Assembly (NCBI GenBank): GCA_951804945.1
Contig: OX638156.1
Coordinates: 39,866,001 to 39,930,000 of the forward strand
Direction of reading: 5' to 3'
DNA length: 64,000 bases
DNA from: Podarcis cretensis
Taxonomy: Eukaryota
This document shows positions 1 to 12,300 of this stretch, piece after piece. The translations under genes were made by a program, and so were the position numbers. Each line of letters begins with the position of its first letter. Within the stretch, counting starts at the first letter, position 1. The notes under the pieces are model-generated. The model was not told where the DNA came from, did not search any database, and saw only the letters and a program-made list of their open reading frames with translations.

Positions 1-560
1 GCTTTGTCCTGCAGGATTCCATCTTGTCTCCTATGCTGTTTGATATCTATATGAAGCCATTGGGGAAAGCCATCTGGGAATTTGGAAGAGAGTGCTTTCA
101 GTATGCTGTGTTTCTCCTAGTCAGGTGAGGTAGTGGAAGTGCTGAGCTGTTGTCTAGAATTTGCAATTGAGTGTTAATAAGCTGCAGCTCAGTCCCAACA
201 AGATAGAGGTGTTGTGGGTATGTGGGGTTTTTTGGTTCATGGCAGGGTGTGTGTGGATTCAACCTGTTATTGATAGAGTCATAATCCTCTAGAAGAGTAG
301 GGTGCCAGGATGCCTTTGGAGGCAGCCTTTGAAAACTGCCTAGAAGCAACAGTCAGCTCAGAATACAGCTGCTAGGAATTTAATTGGGGAAGATCATTCC
401 AATCATATCTGCAAAGTTTTAGAAGGGGATCACTTGCTACATGTCCACCTCTGAGCCAAATTTAGGATGCTAGTGTTTCGTTTTAAAGCCCCAAGCAGTT
501 TGAACCTAGATATCTCAGAGCACTTTCTCCCATATCAGCTGACTTGTGCTCTGGCTGATG
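1..560 (+). mobile_element. Degenerate L2/CR1-clade LINE reverse-transcriptase remnant
   Basis: Decayed coding motifs resembling PQGSILSPMLFxIYMKPLG...QYA and QLxQNTAAR...LxVxxxxxFxM, with stops and frameshifts. Confidence 0.65.
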
Positions 561-1714
561 TGTTTTGAAAAAGGATTTTGTGTTTTTAAGAAAGTGAGCT
601 TAGCTGAATTATCCAGTAGGATTGCCATTGTTAGCTACATCTTGAGGGGTTTTGTGTGTGTGTTCCTGTCACATCGTCTTGCCTTTAAGTATTTCTGCAG
701 TAAGTAAAAAAGACAGGTGTCACTTTATTTTGGTTGCATAGCTGCAGTTGCTTGTGTCACATGTGCTACTTTGCCATCTGTACAGGACATACATAAGTAG
801 TCAGATGCAGGACATTCTTTTGGCTCAACTAAATATACATACAAGTTTTTCAACCTGATGGTGGGCTTTTGCTGTTAGAGAACATTGTAGAGTTCACTAA
901 CAGCTTCATGTCTGAGTGGGGTTTTGAATATGGGTCTTCAGCACTCCAGTCACCACATTGGCACACTCATTTCTCAACTAGAGAGAAGTGATAAACACTG
1001 TTAAAAGCAGTTTTTGTCCTGGTAAGCCTCTGTTGTTTCTTAGGGTGTATTTCAATGTGGCATGAGGCAGAAGTATCTCATTTGTACTCGCTTGTATCAC
1101 AACATTTCCATGACTTGTCCAAAGCCTGGAGATGTGTATGTTTTTCTTTCCTTCCCTGTCTGTCTCCACCCCCTGGAGGGGGAAAGTAGTGTTGCAAAAT
1201 ACGGGGAGACGTGCATCTTGCAGCTTTGAATGACAGTCACGAGTGCAAGTCATTCATGCTTCTGACGTGCATGATGTCTAAAGCTGCCCCCAAGAGTGTT
1301 CACCTACTTCCCTATTATTTTCTCTTGGTAGCATGTTGTAAGCAAGATGATGACATTCAAAAGCCCTTACAGGGTTGTCTTTTTAAATTGGGGCTGCATG
1401 ACATGTTATAAAATTTTCAGGTACATAGTATCAGTACTGCCTGTTCCCAGAATGCACAGCATAAAGTTTGAGGCAAGCACTATACCAGTATGCTGCAGGA
1501 ATCCAGGCCCCAGGATACATCCATTGCTTACATATGGAGCCAAAAATGTATGTGAACACACATGTGTCACAATTCAGATTGTGTAACAGATAATAAAATT
1601 GGCCCTGAGATGGAAAAGAAGCAGAGAGAATTTCATCCTAGTTCTATATTGTTACATTATAAAACACTCAATGGACACTTTAGCTGGTGTCCACAAATCT
1701 GCTTTGTTCAGCAG

Positions 1715-1830
1715 CACAGGAACACATAAATCTGCCTGGTACTGAGTCAGACCATTGCATTTAGCTCAGTATTCTACTACTGAGAGCAGCTTCCCAACAT
1801 TTTAGACAGGGGAGACTCCTAGCCCTACAT
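1715..1830 (-). mobile_element. Squamate SINE/CR1-tail-type fragment
   Basis: GGAAC..TCTGCC..ACTGAGTCAGACCATTG..TAGCTCAGTATT matches the reverse complement of the tail seen at 62006-62080. Confidence 0.5.
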
Positions 1831-3345
1831 CCCTGCCCCTGAGTTCTTGTTTGTGCTGCAGTTTGGTGGAGGTGAGAAGCAGCAGCAGTTTCTTCCATTT
1901 GTTGATTATGTTATCCAGGCTTTTGTGTAAATGTGAAAACAACTCCCTTCACCTGTGTTAGGTATGGATGGTGAGCACAGAGGCTGGCTCTTAAGCCATA
2001 CCAGTCTACAGCGCCGCTGCCACACACACACCCCCTTTAGTTATAATGTTTTAGAAAGGGAACCAACACAGTAGATTTGTATTTGTATCACTTTTTAGAG
2101 TTGTACTTTCTGCAATCTTGCAAAATAGTCTGCAGTACTGCAAAATGTGTTCTTGCTGTTTGCCTTAACCAGTGGCCCCCAGAAGAAAGGAGCTTTTCTG
2201 TTGGAGTGTGCTCTGGAGTCTCATCAGTTTCAACTTTTAAAATAAGCTTTACTAATAATTTGAGACAAGTAGCCCTTGGCCTAAATAAACTGAATTCTGT
2301 AAGAACCCAGAATCAGAGTGTCATTCTTTCCATAAGAATCGTATTGACAGGCTTAACCATTGCATTTTTTTTTTTTTTACGTATGTGTGTGTGTGTATGC
2401 TAGCTGAATACTTCTTAAAATAAGGAAACTGCACTGGAGAGGCCAGTCGGCATACCTAAACTGTTCAGTTTAAACTTTGTACAAAGAGGGGAAATGATCA
2501 AATCATAAAGGAATGTTGAAGGGAGACTAGATGGAATGGGCAGGGAGGGGGAGCCACTACCACCAGCAGTTCTGCTTAAGTAGAATTAGCTGTTAGCGTT
2601 TTGACAAACTCAGCCATTTATTAAAAGGGGAAACGTATTCTAAAAAGAAGTCGTATATCTGTTTGCCTTATTGAAATACTTATTTAAATTTATTTAAAGC
2701 ATTTTTATCCCCCTCTTCAGCTGAAACAGGCTGCAGAGCAAGTTACAGTTATCAGTGATAATACAGTCTCTGTCCTTGGGTATACAATCTAAAAGGCACA
2801 AAAGGAAAAGGAATTGGTAGGGGTGGGGAAACAAGCTCTTAGTTACAGAGAACTGTAATTTACTGGTCTTTTAGATGGAAGGGGCCGTGGAGGCCCATGT
2901 CTCCCTCTCTTGTAGCCTGACTGAACGGCTGCTTGTGCATGCTACATACTCCAAAAATGAGGCAAGCAAATGTACTTTACTGCAGTTATTGTGTCTAGTG
3001 CATTTAACCACAGAATCCTCAAAATACTGGGTTGTAGCCAACTAAGTTCTCAGAGTAGACCCATTGAAATTAATGGACATGACTAACTTAGGTCATTGTG
3101 TGGGAGGAGTGGCAACTCAGTTAGATCCCTTAATATGCCACACAGGATGGAGCCTTCAGTGTAAGTAACCACTGCTTCATTTTGTGCTTTTATTAATTTT
3201 TAGATTAGATGTAGGGTAATAATGTATTTGTATGAATGTCAATTAGATATTTTCACATGGGAAAATTTAGTTCAAACACTAGAACACACTTGCAAATAAC
3301 TGAATGGAAGAATATCCTTTTGTTTTTGTTTTTTCATTTTCATAG

Positions 3346-6300
3346 GTACTTGGACGATGTTTCTTGACAGTGATGCAGGTTCATTTTCAGTTTTTATCCC
3401 AAGCATTGCAGAAGGTCCAACCAGTGGCTCATTCATGTTTTACGGAAGCTGTAGCTCAGGAAAGAAAGAATTCTAATATGGCTGAGACATCCAGTGCAAG
3501 TCCCACAATTGAGCTAGAAGAAGCTGTGCGGTCATGGAGAGGAGCGGCTGAGGTAAAGATGTAATTGCTGTGTTGCTGGATCTGGTCAACAGTCCAAAAT
3601 TCAGTGTTCTGTCTCCACCTAGGTGCTGCTAGGTAGCTCCCAAGCATAGCCTATTTATTTATATTTCATAAAAAATGTATACTGCTTGATTGTAAGAAAA
3701 AACCTCAAAGCAGCTTTAAAAAAACCTCAAGGGCTTGAAAGTGGTAACATACATTTAGTTCTGGCAAAGTGGCTTTACTTTTCATAGTGGTGGTAACTTG
3801 CAGCTTGTGTGTTGGTAATCTTTTGGTTTCTAAAACTACCAAAAGACTGAAGAATTCTACAGAAAATCAGGCCTTTGGCCACAGAATGATAAGCTAGAGG
3901 TTCCAGCAAGCCACCATGAGGTTGGGAGTACTCCGTAAAGTCAAGTGGTATCTCTAGCTGCATTAGGGAATGCGCATATATTGGTTGAATTTTGTACATT
4001 CTCTTACCTTCATGCATAATTCCCAGCTTACACTCATCTTAACATTTATATGTATTTTTAATGTGTTGGTATCTGTAATTATTTGTTAATTTAATTAAAG
4101 TAATCCACATACACAAAGTTCTCCCTCTCACCTCGACAGTAGTGCTGGCTACCATAATGAGGGTTTGTTAACAAGTTTGTTTAAAAGATTGCAGTCCCCC
4201 TGCTGCATCTCCCCCTGCAATGAAAAATCAGTCATACAAATCTGATGATTAAATTGAGAACTTTAACTAAATTCTGAACCTAAATTAAATAACCCACTTC
4301 CCTTCCTGTTTGCTTTCACCATAGTGACTGTGGGGCTCAAAAGTTTATTTTGCCACTTTTGAGCCACTGCTATTTTGTCTTATCCATTTTTTGTGTCCTC
4401 TTTGAAGGCCACATCACGGCTACGAGAAAGGGGTTGTGATGGCTGTTTGGCTGGAATCGAGGTCCAGCAACTCTTCTGCTCCCAGAGTGTGGCAATTCCT
4501 GAGCACCAGCTAAAAGAATTGAACTTGAAAATAGACAGTGCTTTGCAGGTTAGTTATATCTTTATATCACCATTTGGGTGAGTATGGAATAAAATATGTA
4601 GGGCAGTCTGAGGACTTAAGTAGGGTTGCTGCTGAGCAAGTCCTTTTTAATGAGAGCTTCTGTGCCAACAGCAGAGACTGCTGACATTCTGGAAGCTTTA
4701 GCTGCCCCCTCAGCTAAGGGAGGGTGTGATTGATCATGGGGAAGATGTTATTTTCTCTTTTAGGTTAGCAAGGTTTTGTGATGATATTGGGTGGTGGTTG
4801 TTTTAAATTCAGGTATGTGATGCATTAAACATATATCTATTTACTATCAGGCATATAAAGCTGCATTGGAAAGTTTGGGTCACTGTGAATATGCGATGAA
4901 GGCTGGCTTCCACTTGAACCCAAAATCTATTGAAGCCAGTTTGCAGGTAAACACCCCCCCAATCTTCTTCCAGCAAAGATGTTTACTGTAGATAAAGCTG
5001 AATTGCTTGCATATGGATTTCTCCCTGATACATTGCTTTGGTGTTCTGTCTCTAAAGGGCTGTTGCAGTGATGCTGAAGCCCAGCAGACTGGCCGGAGAC
5101 AGACCCCTTCTCAACCCATTCAGTGTGAGCTCCCCACAGTTCCTGTTCAGATAGGTGCCCACTTCCTAAAAGGAATATCCTTTAATGAGTCGGCGGCAGA
5201 TAACCTGAAGCTCAAAACGGTAAGTACCCCAAATCTGTATCAAACCCAGTAATATTTTCTTTGTTGGTAGCAAGCTCCGTGTTGATAGATATGCAAAGCA
5301 AGCATTTTAAACCTTGTCCCACTTTAGCAAGTTTATTCAGTAAATATTTAGTGTTTTGGTATTTAAAAGATACTGGATTGCAAGCGAAACTGTGTTCCAA
5401 AAGCTAATGGTCACATTCAGCCAATTGTAGCCCTTCTGGCTGAAGGGACTAACAGCCCCGGTGATGCATCTTTTCTGCTTTGTGTCTTGTTTCCTTAAAG
5501 CTTACTGGTAGCATTCTCCAAAAGTTAGAGGCAGTTTTCTTAAATGCTCCTCCTTCCCCTCCACATGCTGGCTTATTTTGTGTACAGTGGTACCTCTGGT
5601 TGTGAACGGGATCCATTCCGGAGGCCCGTTCGCAACATGAATAGAGCGCAACCCGCATTGCTTCTGTGCATGCGCGTGATTTCATTTTGCGTTTCTGTGC
5701 ACGCGTGAGCAGCGAAACCCAGAAGTAGCCCTTTCCAGTACTTCTGGGTCGCTGCTGGATGTAACCTGAAAGAACGTAACCTGAAGCGGACATAACATGA
5801 GGTATGACTGTATACATGTTGATTCTGCTTGTCATGAAGTGCCTCCTCACTTCTCTCTGAAGAGATGAAGAGAGACAGAAGACAGATCCTCACATATGGC
5901 CACAACCGAGAGCAAAGTCTCTCCTTGCAAAGTTCTAAGCTGCTGTAACTATGATGATGATGTTGGCACAGTCTTGTTGCACTGGAGTTACCTGTTCCAG
6001 AGCATCTAGTTCTTTGTCAGGCACATTTTTGCAGTGTATGGAATTGATTGGCCTGGTTTAGTATGGAAAGAAATCGGCCACAGCTCAGTGGCTTGAAAAA
6101 AGGGAACTGTGATTCATGATAGAGGATTTGGGCCACTATTTGGTGCAAGAGATTTCCTGCAAAGATAGGTTTTGAACCTTCAGCATGGTGAATTGTTCCA
6201 TAAAAAGTTAGCGTCAAACAGGATTGTCCTAATTTTTTTTTAAAAAATTACTATCATTTTATCCCTCTTTTCAGACAGTTGTCTTCCAAAATGACATATT

Positions 6301-9300
6301 GGTTTTAAAAACAGCTGGGATATCTTATTGGGCTTACAAAGGCACACTCAATGGAAGGGAAGTGGAGAGATAGTGTAGGAGGGAGGCCAGTTCTTTAAGG
6401 CCAGAAGGAAGTGGGTGAGCTATTTATAATCCAGCTGGGGCCAGGATGACCTTCCCTTGTTCTTCTTCTCTTGAATAGCAGTTGGTGACTCTTGTTCCTT
6501 TGGCCGATGGTTGGGACCAGAGTGTCCTTTCCATTTGCTTCTGCAGTCCCAGGACAATTGGCAGCGGGACCCAAATATTCTGTCTGGCAGGGAGGAAGAC
6601 ACAAACTTTTTCTCCGCACCAGATGAGACCAGGCTACTCTCCCCCTTATAATGATGTCCTTTCTGGGAGTTGCGGAGAAGCAACCTCCCAAGGGCCTAGG
6701 CCAATGGCAGTGGCCAGAGTGTGTTGCCTTCAACTCTGAAATTCTTAAGCAAGCTGGTAGTTGGTTTAAGACTTTATTTGGTTCTCATATGAAGTTTTAA
6801 AAATACACATACATATTTTAACACTGTGAACATCTAAGCCTCCATTCTCCAATATGTGGCATGTACCATGCATATTAGAAAATCCATGCATCCGATGAAG
6901 AGGACAATAATCTATGAAGACCTATTCTATAATTTTTTTAAAAAAAATTAAAAAATTTAGAGAGCCACAGCACTCTTTGAAATAATAGATCTGATAGCCC
7001 CCGCCTCTCTTCTTCAGCAGCCTCCCTTTTATTATCATTCCACATATTCTCATGCTATTTCTAATAAGCCATTGGAACCCCAGCCCTGGTTGCTGTGTGT
7101 TTCCTCCTGAATTCAGGGAATCTACACAGATATAGTATGAAACAGAGATATCACCATTGGAATGAGGGTGCTGGTGACCACTGGAAACAGCAGGCGCAGG
7201 GGGAAGTGTTGGGCTAGAACCATCATAATTTGAACACTGATTTAAGTAATAACTGCAGTCATCAGTATTTATGTAAGGTGTTTATATATGGCTTAATTAC
7301 CAAAGTGCCTGCATGCATGGTGGGGGGAGTGGGGAAAGGGTATCATGACTTGCTTGCTTCCTACATAGCAATCTTGTTTTGTGTTCTTGTTTTTGCAGCA
7401 CACGATGATACAACTAATTAAAGAAGCTGGCTGCCATAATGGAGTGACCCCAAGGGATGACTCTCCTGTGACTGAAGTGCTGAACCAAGTTTGCCCTTCT
7501 ACATGGCGGGGCGCATGTAAGACGGCTGTACAGTTGTTGTTTGGCCAAGCTGGGCTGGTAAGTAGCCATGAGTGCACAAGTGTTGATTTTAGAATACTTA
7601 AAACGTTCTTTACAGCTCCAAGGATATCTCAGGGCAGCTTCCAAAATATTTGCCCAATATAATCTCCTTCAAGCATAATTTAAGAAATAAAATAGTGTGT
7701 TTATCGATTTGGTGCCAAGATTGTTCAGGTAGCCTTTCCTGCCCTCATCCTTGGTCTTCTCTGGTGCTGCCAGGTAGTGAGTCTGCTTTGGTGCTCTGAG
7801 GCAAGGCAGTCGGGTCAAGCACCTGGAGCTCACTCAGCCCATTATGGTGAGGGGGCATGTCTCCTTTGCTGGCAGCAGGTAGTTGCAAGGTGGCAGCTCC
7901 AATTGAGGACCTCTAGAGCCAGGTAATGGTACTGAGCAGTTGGAGCATACTCAGCTCATGGATGGAAACCACCTTCCTTTGCTAGCAGTTTCCAGGCAGA
8001 AGGTCTTCTGAGGCAAGGGAGTCAGGCTGAACAGCTATGTGAGGAGAGTAAAAAGGGGACAGCTGACATGCGGCAAATATAATTTAGTTCTGAAAAATGT
8101 ATGGGTCATCATCTATATGTTGGAACCTGTAGCTGATGGTTGCAGTGTAGAGTGCTTTGTTTTGTATGCCAGTCAGTCACCTGTGTCCTTTTCCAGGATA
8201 CCCCATTCCATATCTCCTCCTTCCCCATCTATTTTCTTCCTCCTAACAGTCAGTATCCCATGGCCACTGAGCACAACCAACTCATGTTGGGCGTTTTTCA
8301 TCCCCATCCCCAATAGGCTTTTGTACCTCTACAAACCTTGGGGTTTGCCCCAGCCTGCTGATTCCTTCCTCTTGTGCATGGATGGTGCAGATTTGGCTCC
8401 ATACAGATCCACACTCAATATTTGTATATAAGATGATGCTATTAATTGACCAGCTTCTCCGTTATCCCTTTTGTTTTGGGGAACTTATATTCCACAGAGT
8501 AAAATATTCCCAACCTGAAGTTCATTGTTTGCATATTTGCCTGTGTGGAATCACACGAATCGCTATCTCCATCTACCTTATTGCACAAGATCCTTGACTC
8601 CAATGAATAAGAGGCATTGCAAGGTTTGGGTAGTTTTTCTTTGTCTGCTCAGTCTCAAAGTAACTCTGGTCACTGTAACCAAGAGCTGAGTTGTTGTAGC
8701 AACTGGAGTGTTAGGTTTAGATTCAGGGGGGAAATGCCACTCAGAGCACCTTGGAGGAAGGTATAACATAAGCAATAAAACAAGTGTTTGAGATTTGAAA
8801 TTGTTGCCTTTGTGTAGAAGAAAATGAGAAGTACCAGTGCTTGGTTGAAAAGAAGGAATAAGTGCAATAGGGCCTTAGTTGTAGTAGCGGGGGTAAGGGG
8901 TGGTTTGCCTCCAGGGGTACCAAGCCAAGAAAGTTAGCTGCTTCACCTGCATAAATCATTGCAGTGTGTTCTTTTGCTGTCTTTTCTGAGAAGAAATCCA
9001 TGTTGATGGGAAGTCGAGGAATTGGCCCCCCCAATAGTGCTGCTGCTTCTATTTTGTGGTTTTGTACTGTGCAACAATTATGATTTATTTTAAACTGGAA
9101 TTTCCCATTTTGAAAACACTGCCTGTGCAGACTCTTAAGAAATCTGCTCTTGCCATCAGTCTTCTCATTCACATTTTTTATATGTGATGTTGGCCCAAGT
9201 CATGTGATAATGTGACTAGAGCAGGGACTTCAATTAGATGGACAGAAACTGCCACAGACTCCTCTTTTTTTGCTGGATAGAAGCAGTGATATCTGCATGT

Positions 9301-12300
9301 TTATGTTCTACTTGCATTGCTTCTAATTTGGTGTACCGATGAGACATTATCTTCCATTGTTTAGATTGTCCTCTAGGTGGGTGTTATGGAGGAAACATCT
9401 GTAAAGCCAGAACAATGGAAGTCGGGAGTCATTTCCCAGGCTGGGCGTGAGAAATGGCTGTACTGTGAGATTAGCTTGTTTAGATAAATGAAACACAAGG
9501 AGTTGGTAACGTGCTTCCTCATCCGTTGAAATGCTGTTGGCATATACTACAACGCCACTTAGAAATCCTGAATATTGAGTGGTATATAACTACCTGAAAA
9601 TATGGAAAATAAATACCACTGATACATACACTCCCACAATTGAACTTTAAGATCTCAAGGCTTCATTGGGTATGGAGGAGAGCCGTTAAATGTATGGGCA
9701 TTGTGCAGGCAGTGTTTCCACTAGATCATAGAATAGGACTTCTGAACTGGGCTTTTCTCTATTGTTCTTTATGAGACCTCAGTCTCCCTGTCCTATACTG
9801 ATAGCAAGGAAGCTGTTCCTTTTTATAACATTCCAAATTTTGCAGCACCTTAACTGTCCAGATAGAATGCAGGATAATCTTATTGTGAAAACTTGTTTTA
9901 TAATCATAGGTAGTAAATTGAGAGGGTAGAACTATAAAATGGTTTACTAGATATCAAGTAGTTGCAGCCTCCCAAAAGGAGGACAAAAGGAAAGGCCCAG
10001 ATCATGTGCAGCTGAAAAATCTTTAGATAAGCCTTCCTCTTTTTAGTTAACAGTGGCCTTTTCAGATGTTACACTGTAGGATTTATCAGAGTAAATGTGA
10101 AACGATTCTTCTACACCCACGCACCCCAATTAAAATTCCCTACACGTGCCCCTCTTGCTTGCCTAGTGGTTGAATGCATTAGACTGATGTCCAGCCCCTG
10201 TAGCAGTGGGGTGGTGCTTTCGCTAGTTTTAGGGAGTGACATCTTACTCTATCGCTTACTGCTTTTTTCTTCTTGAATAGGTCGTTGTGGATACAGCACA
10301 GATTGAAAACAAAGAAGCATATGCACCACAAATCAGTTTAGAAGGTTCCAGAATTGTGGTTCAAGTCCCATCAACATGGTAATTATGACTTACTACTTCG
10401 GAAAACTCGGGCAAGCTTTAAATAAACAAATAAATAGGGACATTAATTTTTGGAATGAAAGTGAGTGTTGTTGACAGGAGATTTGTTATTAAAAATTGTT
10501 TCCTTAGGTGCCTGAAAGAAGATCCTGCAACAATGTCTCTGCTGCAGAGAAGCCTGGATCCAGAGAAGACTTTGGGACTAGTGGATGTGCTTTATACTGC
10601 AGTGTTTGACTTAAATCGTTGGAAGGAGGGAAGGTAGGTATGATTTGTTCTGCACTCTTACCACATAAGGGTTATGCACAGATGATGCCTCATTCAGGAA
10701 CACTCGGTCACATGTGACAAGAAAAGATGGCAATAACAAGTTTCAGCCAAGGCTACCAGGTCTTAATGTTGAAGGCTAAGTAGTGGGAATGTAAAAGGGA
10801 CGCGGGTGGCGCTGTGGGTTAAACCACAGAGCCTAGGACTTGCCGATCAGAAGGTCAGCGGTTCGAATCCCCGTGACGGGGTGAACTCCCGTTGCTCGGT
10901 CCCTACTCCTGCCAACCTAGCAGTTCGAAAGCATGTCAAAGTGCAAGTAGTTAAATAGGTACCACTCTGGCGGGAAGGTAAACGGCGTTTCCGTGCGCTG
11001 CTCTGGTTCGCCAGAAGCGGCTTAGTCATGCTGGCCACATGACCCTGAAACTGTACGCCGGCTCCCTCAGCCAATAAAGCGAGATGAGCGCCGTAACCCC
11101 AGAGTCAGCCATGACTGGACCTAATGGTCAGGGGTCCCTTTACCTTTACTAGTGGGAATGTACTGGTAGTAGTACCTGGGCATGGCTGGGCATCTGCTGA
11201 AGCCCCACTGCCTCAAGAGGACTGAGCTGGGGCAGCTCACAGCCCCAGTGGGTAGATAGGAAGCTGCCATTTTGACATTCACACAATTCCCCAGCGTGAC
11301 ATATTGTTGGGCACTGTGGGAGCAAAAAAAAAAAAAAAGAGAGAGAAGCAGATTGCCACCACTGATAAGGCTGCAAAGGGGAGGCCTTGTGAGATTCAGA
11401 TGGCACCAGGAACTGGATGGCACCCCACCTTACTTGTGGGTACAGAGCAAAGCTGCTGCAAAACTTTGTAATGGTGAAATGCTGCTTCTTGTTAGTATGT
11501 GCTCACAGAAAGCAGCTATAATGTGAGCAGAAAGCCAGAGCAAACCTTCAGATTGCCAAATAAATTATAAGCACCTGGAGGAAAATGAGGTCAGTCCATA
11601 CCTAGATGCGTTTAAGCTCAGATCTTAAGACTTGACCATCAGCATGTAGTGAGTTCAGTGGACTTTGATGCAAGCTCTTTATGTAATTGAGAAATGTGGC
11701 CTGTAAAATAATTGGTGAGACTAGGTACACAACTTGCTTGAAAGGCAGCATCCAATCATAAACTGGAAAGAGGCAATGTTAAACACCATTAATTACTTAC
11801 ATAAAATACTGAAGGTTACACAAAAAATGAAAAATTGGGAGATATTGCTATTTTCAGGATAACCTGATTGCTAGTACTCTAGCAGAATACACTGATCTCC
11901 AACACCATATAGCAACATTCTCACCAGACACACCTTTTTAGATTAACACCTCTCTAGCCTTCAGTCCTAGGCTGAGGCATAGCTCAATACCCAGTGATAC
12001 CAAATGTCCAAGAATACCTTATCCAGACAGTAAAACAGGAAAGTCTGGTGGCCATGTAAGAGGAAACAGCATTTTATTTACCACCAGACTTTACAAACTT
12101 CAGCAACAACAGCAAACGTTTTGCCATTTTTTAAAAAACACAATTGTCTAAAACAGTGGAGCAGGATAATGGGGCAAGCACTGCTTGTCTTGCTCCCTTC
12201 TGCTTCTGTTAAATTCCTTCACCACCATCTTGCCCACAAAGCCAGCTTTGACTAAACATTTGCTTCTCTTTGCCACCTCGTTCTTGATCGCCCATCACCT

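Noticed and set aside
7930-7975. Weak 5S rRNA-like TGGATGGAAACCACC segment
   Set aside because: Too short and degenerate to support an RNA gene; probably old repeat debris
10797-10875. tRNA-like A/B boxes
   Set aside because: Head of a Sauria SINE, not a tRNA gene
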